DNA of 64,000 bases. It comes from Bacteroidota bacterium (lineage in GTDB: Bacteria; Bacteroidota; Bacteroidia; 2-12-FULL-35-15). Position numbers and translations under genes: made by a program. Under the pieces are notes generated by a model. That model ran no database searches and was not told the origin of the DNA. It saw nothing but the letters and a program-made list of their open reading frames with translations. Location: positions 27,499-91,498 of the forward strand of contig JAZKDU010000011.1 in the NCBI GenBank assembly GCA_040387415.1. Direction: 5' to 3'. Of this stretch, positions 1 to 9,847 are shown piece after piece (the first letter of the stretch is position 1; every line of letters begins with the position of its first letter).

Positions 1-207
1 TGATTTAACAGCTTTTCCTTTTGTAATTTCTTTTGCATTATTTACACGAAACATTAAATCATCTGCCAGATCAACTGCTTCATCAATAATTGCATTAATT
101 TCTTTGTCTTTTTTGTCAGGATTATTCAACATTTCTGAATAACACTCTTCCAATACATCACCCAATACATGGTTGATATCTCTTTTTATATCTCTGCGAT
201 TAGCCAT
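1..207 (-). CDS. Conserved Bacteroidota-type hypothetical protein, partial (runs off the left window edge)
   Basis: Manually translated from ATG at 207: MANRRDIKRDINHVLGDVLEECYSEMLNNPDKKDKEINAIIDEAVDLADDLMFRVNNAKEITKGKAVKS..., open to position 1; not in the ORF track. Confidence 0.7.
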   Translation of the reverse strand, partial: MANRRDIKRDINHVLGDVLEECYSEMLNNPDKKDKEINAIIDEAVDLADDLMFRVNNAKEITKGKAVKS

Positions 208-263
208 TTTTTTCTGTTTATATTATTTCAACAAAGTTAACGAAAAAATTCAATTTTACCTAT

Positions 264-301
264 AAAAAAAGACCCGTCCGGTTTTTAAAACCTGGCGGGT
301 C
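264..301 (-). terminator. Rho-independent terminator downstream of valS
   Basis: Minus strand GACCCGCCAGG-TTTTAAAAA-CCGGACGGGTC imperfect stem followed by T7. Confidence 0.75.
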
Positions 302-325
302 TAATAATTAAAAAAAATTATTTTA

Positions 326-2965
326 TTAATTCTTCAATCCAATTAATTGTTCTTCAATCGCTTTAATCTTAGCTTCCGCATCCGCCAGCTTCTTCTTTTC
401 GTTAGCGATAAGTTCAGGTTTAGCATTAGCAACAAATTTTTCATTGGAAAGCTTTATTTCCACTGATTTTAAAAAGCCCTTATTGTATTCCAAATCCTTT
501 GCCAGGCGCTCTTTTTCAGCAGCAACGTCAATGTTTTGTAGTAAAGGAACATAAAATTCAGCATGTTTAAGAACAAAGGAGATGGCACCATCCACCTTTT
601 GATTCACATATTCAAAACTGGTTAAATTGCACAGCTTAACAATAATAGAATCGTATGTTTTAATAGCCTCTCCCTGGTTTACTTTTTCAAATACTTGCAA
701 TTTCTCTTTCGGAGAAATATTTTTCTGCTTACGGATGTTTCTAATATTGGTAATCACTTCCATTACAATTTCGAAATCCTTAACAATACCAGTGCTTCCG
801 GCTTTTGCTTTTGGCCATTCAGCAACAATGATGCAGTCTTTCGCTTCGCGTTCTTTTATCAAATGCCATATTTCTTCTGTAATAAAAGGCATAAACGGAT
901 GAAGTACTTTTAATAATCTTTCAAAGAAAACGATGGTAGCATCATAGGTTGCTTTATCAATCGGCAAAGACTTCCCATCAACAAACTCCGGTTTGATCAT
1001 CTCTAAATACCACGCACAGAAATCATCCCAAACCAGTTTGTAAGTGGTCATCAGGGCCTCACTCATTCTGTATTTCGAATAGAGATCATCAATAAGGTTC
1101 AACTGCTCATTAAATTTAGCATCAAACCATTCAACAGAAATTTTATTTGATTCAGATTGTTTTGCATTGGCATCAATTTCCCAACCATTAATCAATCTGA
1201 AGGCATTCCATATTTTATTTGAAAAATTACGTCCCTGCTCACACATACTTTCATCAAAAGGCAGGTCATTACCGGCAGGCGAGCATAATAGCATACCCAC
1301 ACGAACACCGTCCGCACCATATTTTTCAATCAATTCGATAGGGTCGGGTGAATTACCCAATGATTTACTCATTTTTCGGCCTTGCTTGTCACGTACAATC
1401 CCCGTTAAATAAACGTTTGTAAATGGTTTAGCACCACGGTACTCATAACCTGCAATGATCATACGCGCTACCCAGAAAAATAAAATTTCAGGAGCAGTCA
1501 CTAAATCGTTAGTAGGGTAGTAGTACTCTATATCTTTTCCTTTTGGATTTTTAAAACCATCAAAAACACTGATAGGCCATAACCAGGAAGAGAACCAGGT
1601 ATCCAGCACATCCTCATCCTGCTTAATATCTTCAACTTTTAACTCTGAATTTTTAACTCTTAACTTTTCAAATGCCTCTTCCTTTGTTTTACAAACTGCC
1701 GTATTTCCTTTGCTATCGTACCATGCAGGGATTTGTTGTCCCCACCATAACTGGCGGGAAATACACCAGTCGTGTACATTCTCCATCCAGTGTTTATAGG
1801 TGTTTACAAACTTTTCAGGGATTAGTTTTATCTCACCATTTAATACATTTTCTAATGCAGGTTTAGATACCTGGTCCATTTTAAGGAACCATTGCATACT
1901 CAAACGTGGCTCAATAACAGCATCCGTGCGCTCTGAGTAACCTACTTTATTTTTAATATCTTCTATTTTTACAATCTGTCCAAGCTCTTCCAGATCTTTC
2001 GCTATTTTTTTACGAACAGCAAAGCGGTCTTCACCAACGTAAAACTGTGCTGCAGGGCTCATTTTACCATCAGCAGCAATAGTATCAATCACTTCCAGGT
2101 TATGTTTCACACCAAGGTTATAGTCATTAATATCATGAGCAGGAGTAACTTTTAATGCCCCGGTACCAAATTCAATATCAATATAATCATCAAAAATAAC
2201 AGGTACAGCGCGGTTAACCATCGGTATAATTACACGCTTTCCTTTCAGATGTTTGTAGCGCTCATCCTCCGGATGCACACACACTGCGGTATCCCCTAAT
2301 ATCGTTTCCGGACGGGTGGTGGCTATAGTAATGTACTCATCATTATCACCTTCAATCTTATACTTTACATAATATAATTTTGAATTTACTTCTTTATGAA
2401 TAACCTCTTCATCTGATACTGCTGTTAACCCTTGCGGATCCCAGTTTACCATACGTACACCACGGTAAATCTGCCCTTTGGCATGTAAATCAATAAATAC
2501 ATCAATTACTGCTTCGCTTAGGTCATCTTCCATGGTAAAACGGGTGCGGTCCCAATCGCAGGAAGCGCCTAGTTTTTCCAATTGTTTAAGGATAATGCCA
2601 CCGTATTTTTCTTTCCATTCCCAGGCATGTTTTAAGAAATCCTCACGAGATAAATCTGTTTTTTTTATCCCTTTTTCTTTTAATAGAGCTACAACTTTAG
2701 CCTCTGTAGCAATGGAAGCATGATCCGTTCCCGGAACCCAGCAGGCATTGAAGCCCTGCATCCGCTTCATGCGAATCAGTACATCCTGTATCGTATTATT
2801 AAGCATGTGACCCATGTGCAATACCCCTGTAACATTTGGCGGTGGAATTACAATAGTATAAGGTTCACGCTCATCTGGCGTTGATTTAAAGAATTTATGC
2901 TCCAGCCAGTAGGCATACCATTTATCTTCGGTAATTTTCGGATCGTAGTTTTTTGGAATTTCCAT
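326..2965 (-). CDS. valS: Valine--tRNA ligase
   Basis: 879 aa; PPPNVTGVLHMGH (HIGH motif), DWCISRQLWWG, KMSKSLGN, C-terminal coiled coil. Confidence 0.98.
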   Translation of the reverse strand: MEIPKNYDPKITEDKWYAYWLEHKFFKSTPDEREPYTIVIPPPNVTGVLHMGHMLNNTIQDVLIRMKRMQGFNACWVPGTDHASIATEAKVVALLKEKGIKKTDLSREDFLKHAWEWKEKYGGIILKQLEKLGASCDWDRTRFTMEDDLSEAVIDVFIDLHAKGQIYRGVRMVNWDPQGLTAVSDEEVIHKEVNSKLYYVKYKIEGDNDEYITIATTRPETILGDTAVCVHPEDERYKHLKGKRVIIPMVNRAVPVIFDDYIDIEFGTGALKVTPAHDINDYNLGVKHNLEVIDTIAADGKMSPAAQFYVGEDRFAVRKKIAKDLEELGQIVKIEDIKNKVGYSERTDAVIEPRLSMQWFLKMDQVSKPALENVLNGEIKLIPEKFVNTYKHWMENVHDWCISRQLWWGQQIPAWYDSKGNTAVCKTKEEAFEKLRVKNSELKVEDIKQDEDVLDTWFSSWLWPISVFDGFKNPKGKDIEYYYPTNDLVTAPEILFFWVARMIIAGYEYRGAKPFTNVYLTGIVRDKQGRKMSKSLGNSPDPIELIEKYGADGVRVGMLLCSPAGNDLPFDESMCEQGRNFSNKIWNAFRLINGWEIDANAKQSESNKISVEWFDAKFNEQLNLIDDLYSKYRMSEALMTTYKLVWDDFCAWYLEMIKPEFVDGKSLPIDKATYDATIVFFERLLKVLHPFMPFITEEIWHLIKEREAKDCIIVAEWPKAKAGSTGIVKDFEIVMEVITNIRNIRKQKNISPKEKLQVFEKVNQGEAIKTYDSIIVKLCNLTSFEYVNQKVDGAISFVLKHAEFYVPLLQNIDVAAEKERLAKDLEYNKGFLKSVEIKLSNEKFVANAKPELIANEKKKLADAEAKIKAIEEQLIGLKN

Positions 2966-3110
2966 AATAATTTGCGTACTTCGTTTCTTGAAAAAGCAGC
3001 TGCAAAGCTACAAAAAATATTTTTCCTTATTTATTCCATTTTGGCATGATTATAGCTGTGATTGGAAAAGGAAATTTAAATCTTTATTAAAACGATTAAA
3101 ATTGTCTGCC

Positions 3111-3617
3111 ATGAAAAAAGTAATTTTAACATTAAGTACAGTACTTGCAACATCATTATTTGTTCAGGCACAAATAAAGCCTGCAGAAAAATCTACTGAA
3201 AAGCAAGCAACAGCTGTTCAACCGGCTGCAACCAGCTTAGCAGAAATGACGTTTGAAAAAGACGTGCATGATTTTGGAACAATAGAATATGCTGGTAATG
3301 GTACTTATGAATTCAAATTTAAAAATACAGGGTCCGAACCATTAATTATTTCTGATGCGAAAGGTTCCTGCGGATGTACGGTTCCTACTTATCCTAAAAA
3401 TGTACCTATTAAACCAGGTGAATCACAGGTAATTAAAGTAACATATGATACAAAACGTCCTGGGAATTTTACAAAAACCGTTTCTATTAATTCAAATGGC
3501 AAAGTGCCTCAAAAAGTAATCACTATTAAAGGGGTTGTTACTGCAGCACCGCCTGCAGAGGAAGCTTTCCCGGCAAATGGTAAAAAAGACGAAGGAGCAG
3601 TTCCTTTTGCTAAATAA
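3111..3617 (+). CDS. DUF1573 domain secreted protein
   Basis: Signal peptide MKKVILTL from ATG 3111 (ORF-track extension from 2988 unlikely); F.F.NTG.EPLII...GSCGCT.P motif. Confidence 0.85.
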   Translation: MKKVILTLSTVLATSLFVQAQIKPAEKSTEKQATAVQPAATSLAEMTFEKDVHDFGTIEYAGNGTYEFKFKNTGSEPLIISDAKGSCGCTVPTYPKNVPIKPGESQVIKVTYDTKRPGNFTKTVSINSNGKVPQKVITIKGVVTAAPPAEEAFPANGKKDEGAVPFAK

Positions 3618-3669
3618 TAATTAATTAAGAATCACAAACAACAAATAATAATAAATAAAACCTAAAACA

Positions 3670-4122
3670 ATGAAAAAAACAATTTTATCAATCGGCCTAA
3701 TGTTATGTGTTGCAGTAGGTATGCAAGCACAGGAAACAACTACACCAAATGCAGTTAATCCAAATGCTCCTAAATTTAAATTTGAAACTGAAACATTAGA
3801 TTATGGTACTATTGAACATAATGCAGATGGTAACCGTGAATTTAAATTTACTAACACAGGAAAAGAACCATTAATTATTTCCAATGCAGTTGGTTCATGC
3901 GGATGTACTACTCCAAACTGGCCAAAAGAACCAATTAAACCAGGTGCAACTGGCGTTATTAAAGTTAAATATGCTACTGATAGAATAGGTGCTTTTGAAA
4001 AAACAATTACTTTAACTTCAAATGCTGAAACTCCTTCAAAAGTAATTAGAATTAAAGGTGTTGTTAATCCTGATCCAACACCAGCTGGTGGAGCAACAAC
4101 TCCAGTTGAGATTAAAAAATAA
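3670..4122 (+). CDS. DUF1573 domain secreted protein (tandem paralog)
   Basis: Signal peptide; FKFTNTGKEPLIISNAVGSCGCTTPNW. Confidence 0.88.
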   Translation: MKKTILSIGLMLCVAVGMQAQETTTPNAVNPNAPKFKFETETLDYGTIEHNADGNREFKFTNTGKEPLIISNAVGSCGCTTPNWPKEPIKPGATGVIKVKYATDRIGAFEKTITLTSNAETPSKVIRIKGVVNPDPTPAGGATTPVEIKK

Positions 4123-4149
4123 TTTTTTTGTTTGTTTTGTAGTGTCTCT

Positions 4150-4190
4150 CAAATCCCTCTCTGATAATGTCAGAGGGGGATTTGTTGTTT
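4150..4190 (+). terminator. Rho-independent terminator after the DUF1573 pair
   Basis: CAAATCCCTCTCTGA-TAATG-TCAGAGGGGGATTTG stem followed by T-rich tract. Confidence 0.7.
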
Positions 4191-4407
4191 AATCCAAATT
4201 GATTTTATTCTTTTGTCATTAATATTTCTTTTCAATCAGATGAGCTTTATTATTAGGTTCAGGAATTAAAATTCAAATCAATAAAGGAGTACAATGGGCT
4301 AAACTTCAGCTTTCATGAGCTCAAATTAACAACCCGCTTTACACATAAAGGGGCAAAGGGGGAGATGATTTCTGTTAAAAGTATAATCATAACTCACCTT
4401 AAAATAG

Positions 4408-4415
4408 TAACTTTG
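4408..4415 (+). promoter_or_regulatory. Bacteroidota sigma70 -7 box
   Basis: TAACTTTG matches TAnnTTTG, 23 nt upstream of the aminotransferase ATG. Confidence 0.55.
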
Positions 4416-4438
4416 CCCGCAATTTTAAAAACAGAAAA

Positions 4439-5638
4439 ATGCCAAAAATGTCCATTAAAGGCAATAGTATGCCTTCTTCCCCAATACGTAAATTGGTTCC
4501 TTATGCAGATGCTGCAAAAAAATTGGGCCGCAAAATATATCATTTAAATATCGGTCAGCCGGATATTGAAACACCAGCTGTAATGCTTGATGCAATCAAA
4601 AATGCAGATGTTAAAGTATTGGAATATTCACCTTCAGCAGGCTTTGAATCATATCGCAAAAAACTGGCTGATTATTATGGTAATTTCGACATTAAAATTG
4701 ATTCGAATGATATAATCATTACCACTGGAGGCTCTGAAGCTATTGAAATAGCAATGATGGTTTGTTTTAATCCCGGTGATGAAATTATTATTCCGGAACC
4801 ATTCTATGCAAATTATAATGGATTTTCATGTGCTGCTGATGTAGTTGTAAAACCTGTAAAATCGTACATCGAAACAGGTTTTGCCCTTCCACCTATTTCA
4901 GAATTTGAAAAACTGATTACTCCTAAAACAAAAGGGATCATGATCTGTAACCCTGGCAATCCAACAGGGTACTTATATTCACGTGAAGAGCTGGAGATGT
5001 TGAAGCAATTAGTAGTAAAATACGATCTGTTTTTATTGTCGGATGAAGTATATCGTGAGTTCTGCTATGATGGTAAAGAATATGTATCGGTTATGCATCT
5101 TCAGGGAATTGATAATAATGTAATATTACTGGATTCAATTTCAAAACGTTATAGTGCTTGTGGTGCCCGTATCGGAGCATTTATATCCAGAAATAAAGAA
5201 ATTATGACAGGGGCGATGAAATTTGCTCAGGCACGTTTAAGTCCTCCAACATTCGGACAAATAGGAGCAGAGGCTGCTTTAAATACTCCCAAAGAATATT
5301 TTGATAAAGTGCAGAAAGAATATGTGGAGCGCAGAGATTTTGTTATAGAAGCTTTAAATAAAATGGAGGGTGTATTTTGTCCGAAACCAAGTGGTGCCTT
5401 TTATTGTATTGCCCGCTTGCCAATTGATAATTCTGATAAATTTTGTCAGTGGTTGCTCGAATCTTTTGAATTTGAAGGGCAAACCGTTATGTTGGCACCT
5501 GCTACCGGATTTTATTCAACTCCGGGCTCAGGAACAAATGAAGTGAGGTTAGCATATGTGCTAAATAAGGAAGCGTTGAAAAATGCAATGATTTGTTTGG
5601 AAAAAGCCTTGAAAGTGTATCCCGGAAGAACATTATAA
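4439..5638 (+). CDS. PLP-dependent class I/II aminotransferase (aspartate aminotransferase-like)
   Basis: LNIGQPD, CNPGNPTG, SDEVYREF, DSISKRYSACGARIG (PLP lysine). Confidence 0.93.
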   Translation: MPKMSIKGNSMPSSPIRKLVPYADAAKKLGRKIYHLNIGQPDIETPAVMLDAIKNADVKVLEYSPSAGFESYRKKLADYYGNFDIKIDSNDIIITTGGSEAIEIAMMVCFNPGDEIIIPEPFYANYNGFSCAADVVVKPVKSYIETGFALPPISEFEKLITPKTKGIMICNPGNPTGYLYSREELEMLKQLVVKYDLFLLSDEVYREFCYDGKEYVSVMHLQGIDNNVILLDSISKRYSACGARIGAFISRNKEIMTGAMKFAQARLSPPTFGQIGAEAALNTPKEYFDKVQKEYVERRDFVIEALNKMEGVFCPKPSGAFYCIARLPIDNSDKFCQWLLESFEFEGQTVMLAPATGFYSTPGSGTNEVRLAYVLNKEALKNAMICLEKALKVYPGRTL

Positions 5639-5656
5639 ATTAATTGTCAGTTTTTT

Positions 5657-5694
5657 AAAAGCTCCTAATGTTATTAACATTAGGAGCTTTTTTT
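5657..5694. terminator. Bidirectional-type intrinsic terminator
   Basis: AAAAGCTCCTAATGTT-A-TTAACATTAGGAGCTTTTTTT near-perfect stem with flanking A/T tracts. Confidence 0.85.
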
Positions 5695-5743
5695 ATTTGA
5701 CTTAAATATTTAATGTTTATTTTAGTTCTCCAAAAAAATAAAA

Positions 5744-6775
5744 GTGATGGGTGAGTGTGGCGAGTATGTATACAGTGCAAAATGTAAATTTTTTATAATA
5801 GTACTTGTTTTGTTACTGTGTTTTGATTCGCACTTGCAGGCAGGTAATTTACCAGGTGACAGTCTTGTTGCTACCATACGTTTGAACGTTCCTGCTGTAA
5901 AACAGCGCAGTGCAATTCAAAGTATGAACAAAAACCAGTTGATTTTATTAGTTGATTATCTATTTGAACAGGAAAAGGTTCCCATTGATTTAATAAATGA
6001 GATTAATACCGCGATTGCAAAGCTGAAAGATGAAAAATCTGGTGAATCTGTTAATGGGTATTCAAGCTCCTCCTTTCCTTCAGCTGATTTTTATGTGAGT
6101 TGGGAAATTGATAAATTGTTTCCTCCGGAAGATATGTTAAATATGCAGGGGGATACATCCTTAACATTAGCCTTGCAATGTGGAGAACATAAAAATTATT
6201 CTCACCCTTTTAATGGGCCCATAACCAGCAATTTTGGCTGGCGTGATAACAGAGAACATAAAGGGATTGATATCGACCTGAATAAAGGAGATCAGGTTTC
6301 GGCAGCATTTGATGGAATGGTGAGAGTAGCACGCCAATATGGTGGATTCGGTAATGTGGTCATTATCAGACACTACAATGGTTTAGAAACCGTTTATGCA
6401 CACTTATCAAAAATTAAAGTGCAGCCAGGACAATTGATCTCTGCAGGAGATGTTGTAGGATTAGGTGGTAATACAGGGCATTCAACTGGTACGCATTTAC
6501 ATTTTGAAATACGCTTCAAAGGAGTACCTGTTAACCCTAAATTTTTAATTTCATTGTCTGAGCAAAAATTACTTTGCGGTAAAATCACAATAAAACAAAC
6601 AAGATGGGGTATAGCAGCCTATCCTAAGGACACAAAATTCTATACAGTTGAAAAGGGGGATACATTACAGGAAATAGCGAAACATTTTGGAACCACCACC
6701 ACATCAATCAAACAATTAAATCACCTGACAGGTAAAAAACTCACTGCTGGGCAATCGATTAATGTGGTGCAGTAA
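5744..6775 (+). CDS. M23 family metallopeptidase with C-terminal LysM domain
   Basis: HKGID, YAHL, STGTHLHFE zinc motifs; YTVEKGDTLQEIAKHFGTT LysM; exact start uncertain. Confidence 0.9.
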   Translation: MMGECGEYVYSAKCKFFIIVLVLLLCFDSHLQAGNLPGDSLVATIRLNVPAVKQRSAIQSMNKNQLILLVDYLFEQEKVPIDLINEINTAIAKLKDEKSGESVNGYSSSSFPSADFYVSWEIDKLFPPEDMLNMQGDTSLTLALQCGEHKNYSHPFNGPITSNFGWRDNREHKGIDIDLNKGDQVSAAFDGMVRVARQYGGFGNVVIIRHYNGLETVYAHLSKIKVQPGQLISAGDVVGLGGNTGHSTGTHLHFEIRFKGVPVNPKFLISLSEQKLLCGKITIKQTRWGIAAYPKDTKFYTVEKGDTLQEIAKHFGTTTTSIKQLNHLTGKKLTAGQSINVVQ

Positions 6776-6777
6776 AA

Positions 6778-6948
6778 TTATATGTTATTCAGCTTGTTTA
6801 AACATCTCATAAAGGCATCACGCATACCTTCACATTGTGTTTCTTTTCCGTAATTGTTGGTTGAGTGTGCTTCGTTCATGGATTCATTGGAATGCATGAT
6901 TTGCTGGTTTAACCATTTAACCATTTGCTGGTATTGTTCTGGATTCAT
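6778..6948 (-). CDS. 56-aa hypothetical protein, tandem paralog of 6960..7172
   Basis: Manual translation MNPEQYQQMVKWLNQQIMHSNESMNEAHSTNNYGKETQCEGMRDAFMRCLNKLNNI*; 36/56 identical to its neighbour; below the ORF-track cutoff. Confidence 0.8.
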   Translation of the reverse strand: MNPEQYQQMVKWLNQQIMHSNESMNEAHSTNNYGKETQCEGMRDAFMRCLNKLNNI

Positions 6949-6959
6949 GGGCGTAAGTT

Positions 6960-7172
6960 TTAGTCATTTGTAACAGTTGGTTTATTAACAATTTTCTCCT
7001 TCTTTGTATTTTTAAGTTTACCTAAACATTTTGTAAAAGCGTCACGCATACCTTCGTATTGAATTTTTCTTCCGTAGTTGTTTGCCTTTTGGGCTTCAAT
7101 GATGGAATCATCCAAATGCATGATTTGTTGATCTATCCATTTAACCATTTGTTGTAATTGCTCGGGATTCAT
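6960..7172 (-). CDS. 70-aa hypothetical helical protein
   Basis: ORF track; paralogy with the adjacent 56-aa ORF, with the frame conserved in both, supports coding status. Confidence 0.8.
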   Translation of the reverse strand: MNPEQLQQMVKWIDQQIMHLDDSIIEAQKANNYGRKIQYEGMRDAFTKCLGKLKNTKKEKIVNKPTVTND

Positions 7173-7456
7173 GAGTTTTATATTTAAATAGTTATCTTTT
7201 TAGATTTGGCAAATTTAAGTCTTTTTTACAAACAACCGACATTTTTATACCATTTACCGATTTTTTAACCTCTAATGCCGATTCTTTTACGCTACCTGTT
7301 TTAAATAAGTTTCATTTTATTTTAAATTACTTCTATTTTAGAGATATTTGTTAACGTTTTTATTAACAAAATAACGTATATTGTTGACAGTTAGGTAGTT
7401 GTATTTTAATTGAAAATAAATAAAAATATAGTCATATTGTATTATTCCTTTGAAAA

Positions 7457-8095
7457 ATGTATATTAAATTCATAAAAAACTTAAAAAACAGGTTACAAAA
7501 GCCATTGCCGGGGGAAAATGCGCAGTTTTTGATGGCTCCGGTTTCCAGGCAGCGTATTCAGCACATTGATCCCGAAAAATATAACCCACGTAAGAGTGCT
7601 GTTTTAATTTTATTATTTCCTGAAGGAGAAAACATTCACACATTGCTTATTCAACGGCCGGTATATGATGGTGTACATAGCGGACAGGTGGCTTTTCCCG
7701 GTGGTAAGTTTGAAGAAACGGATATTGATTTGCAATACACAGCACTTCGGGAAACATTTGAAGAAGTAGGTGTGCCTCCTGAAAGCGTTGAAATTATTGG
7801 AAGATTGACAGATTTATATATCCAGCCAAGTAATTTTTTAGTGTCGCCCTTTATAGGCTTCACAAAGGAGAAACCTGAATTTATTTTAGATGCCTACGAG
7901 GTGCAAAAAATTATAACTATTGATTTATTTAGCTTAAGCGAAGAAGGAATAGTTTTTGAAAAAACAATTACACACAGTAGTGGTTTCAAAATAAAAACTC
8001 CTTGCTATGAAATTGATGAATTAGCTGTATGGGGCGCTACAGCAATGATTATAAGTGAATTGAATCAAGTAGTTAGGGAGTCAAAGGACATTTAG
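7457..8095 (+). CDS. Nudix hydrolase, CoA pyrophosphatase family
   Basis: HSGQVAFPGGK..E.D......ALRETFEEVG Nudix box; VWGATAMI. Confidence 0.92.
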   Translation: MYIKFIKNLKNRLQKPLPGENAQFLMAPVSRQRIQHIDPEKYNPRKSAVLILLFPEGENIHTLLIQRPVYDGVHSGQVAFPGGKFEETDIDLQYTALRETFEEVGVPPESVEIIGRLTDLYIQPSNFLVSPFIGFTKEKPEFILDAYEVQKIITIDLFSLSEEGIVFEKTITHSSGFKIKTPCYEIDELAVWGATAMIISELNQVVRESKDI

Positions 8096-8131
8096 TAATG
8101 TTTTGACAGGATTATAATTAATTAATTAAAT

Positions 8132-8160
8132 AAGATCTCTCACAAAAAGTTCGGGATGAC
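8132..8160. repeat. Degenerate REP-like palindrome (GTCATCCCG type)
   Basis: AAGATCTCTCACAAAAAGTTCGGGATGAC; reverse strand begins GTCATCCCGAAC; lies between convergent genes. Confidence 0.45.
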
Positions 8161-8200
8161 AAAAGGTAGGTTAGTAATCATAACACGACTTCAACATACA

Positions 8201-9688
8201 CTATACTTGCTTTTCAAGAATTTCAAAAATTTTAACCATACTAAGCGTATCCAATTTACAATATTCTAATAGTTCATCTCTGATTTCTAAAATCTTGAAC
8301 ATATCTGTTTCTGTTTGTAAATGTTCATAAGCAATCATAGCAATGCTTCCGCTCGATATTTTTAAATCTGTATAACTAAGATCTGGGACTAAAGCATGCA
8401 ATAAATTTTTTATTGAGTATGAATTTTTCATTGCAGGATGATAGAAGCTTCGTTCCTGAAACGGTATCATTAAATCGAGAAAACGCTTTAACCGTATATC
8501 AATCTTTGCAGCATACTCTGGGAAATCTTTTTTTAATCCATTCAATATATTGCGCTCCATAAGCGCATCATAGACTAATACTGTTCCGTTGATTTCAGTG
8601 TGCTTTAACAAACTTTCTAAAAATGATTTTCGGGGATCAGTGCCATGTTCAGCCAAAAAATAAAAATGTTCGAGTGGAGCGTTCTTATCTTTTTTATAAT
8701 GCAATGAATATTGAAATGGAATATGCTGATAAGGCTTGGTATTGTTGTATATTGGAACAGCCGGCATAAAACTTTCGAAATCCATAAAGTACAATGGATA
8801 TACTGCTTTTTCCAAAAAGGTTTTAATTGCAGGGATATTAACTTTCGTTTCTCCTGTTTTAAATGATTGAATATGAATATTTGCGTTTTTATCCAATGCA
8901 TTAATTTCAGGGATTTCGCCAATTGTTTTAAATCCGGAATTATAGAGATTAAACTGTTCCGCTTTTTGAAGACCTGTAATTTCGAACACCGAATTTTTTG
9001 GTACATTTTTCCAGCAAGTGCCCATAAAATCACAGCCATAAGGTGAAAAGCAATGTTCACCAATTTCTTTGTCGGGCATCCGAGGGTCCGCAACCACTGC
9101 TTTCGAAAGATTTATTTTTTCATCTACCAAAGGCTGATTCAGCAGAGCTTCTTTTTTTACTGATGTAATATTAAATAATTCGTTTAATTTTAATTCACTT
9201 CGCCTGATGTATTGATTATTAATCGTTACCAGCGATATGTCAGCAAGAGGCAACCCTGAATTAATAATTACCCAATACTGGAGGGATGCATCTAATAAAT
9301 AGGTATGTGAAATTTTAGTTGAACTTTTAACTTCATACGCGTACCATTGATCATCTTTTTTTACTAAAATATCAAGTATTGCAAGCACTTGCTGATGCTG
9401 AAAGGCAGCTTCATAAATTATCTCTGCTCCGCTATTAATTAATTGCTGTGTTTTTTCAACAGCAGCCATATTATCGGAACGTTTAGGAGGAGTGGCATCC
9501 ATCCCGCCAGGAAATAAGCGTTGTGCAAGTATCCCTACATTATTTCCCCTGCTAAAAATAGCTTTTTGCTCGGGTGAGGAAGCATCGCGCAATTGTATAT
9601 GATTTTTATACAAATACAGCGATTTGGCGCATTGCAGTCCTCTTAAAAATGTTGATTTGCTTAAAATGTGTTTTTCCAAAATAGACAA
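8201..9688 (-). CDS. DUF2779-type protein: PD-(D/E)XK-like N-terminal nuclease plus RNase H/DEDD-like C-terminal domain
   Basis: LSKS.F..GLQC.K.L.L start; ILDIL...YEVKSST; MDFES; YQHIPFQYSLH; YCKLDT; TTG start. Confidence 0.8.
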   Translation of the reverse strand: MSILEKHILSKSTFLRGLQCAKSLYLYKNHIQLRDASSPEQKAIFSRGNNVGILAQRLFPGGMDATPPKRSDNMAAVEKTQQLINSGAEIIYEAAFQHQQVLAILDILVKKDDQWYAYEVKSSTKISHTYLLDASLQYWVIINSGLPLADISLVTINNQYIRRSELKLNELFNITSVKKEALLNQPLVDEKINLSKAVVADPRMPDKEIGEHCFSPYGCDFMGTCWKNVPKNSVFEITGLQKAEQFNLYNSGFKTIGEIPEINALDKNANIHIQSFKTGETKVNIPAIKTFLEKAVYPLYFMDFESFMPAVPIYNNTKPYQHIPFQYSLHYKKDKNAPLEHFYFLAEHGTDPRKSFLESLLKHTEINGTVLVYDALMERNILNGLKKDFPEYAAKIDIRLKRFLDLMIPFQERSFYHPAMKNSYSIKNLLHALVPDLSYTDLKISSGSIAMIAYEHLQTETDMFKILEIRDELLEYCKLDTLSMVKIFEILEKQV

Positions 9689-9716
9689 GAGTATTGAGAT
9701 GCGAGTATAGAGATTT
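9689..9716. repeat. Four degenerate 7-bp tandem repeats
   Basis: GAGTATT GAGATGC GAGTATA GAGATTT directly upstream of the DUF2779 start codon. Confidence 0.55.
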
Positions 9717-9733
9717 ATCCCGATACTATTGAT

Positions 9734-9774
9734 AAAAAAAACTACAACTATGAAATCACAATTGTAGTTTTTTT
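9734..9774. terminator. Intrinsic terminator downstream of the E2 gene
   Basis: AAAAAAAACTACAA...TTGTAGTTTTTTT inverted repeat. Confidence 0.75.
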
Positions 9775-9847
9775 AATTTGGGTTAATGTTATTAAGGTTA
9801 TTGAATCTCACATCTCCATACTAAGATATAAGATCAAATACCTCCTT

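Noticed and set aside
2988-3110. N-terminal extension of the first DUF1573 ORF
   Set aside because: Lies in the valS divergent promoter region; ATG 3111 gives a clean signal peptide
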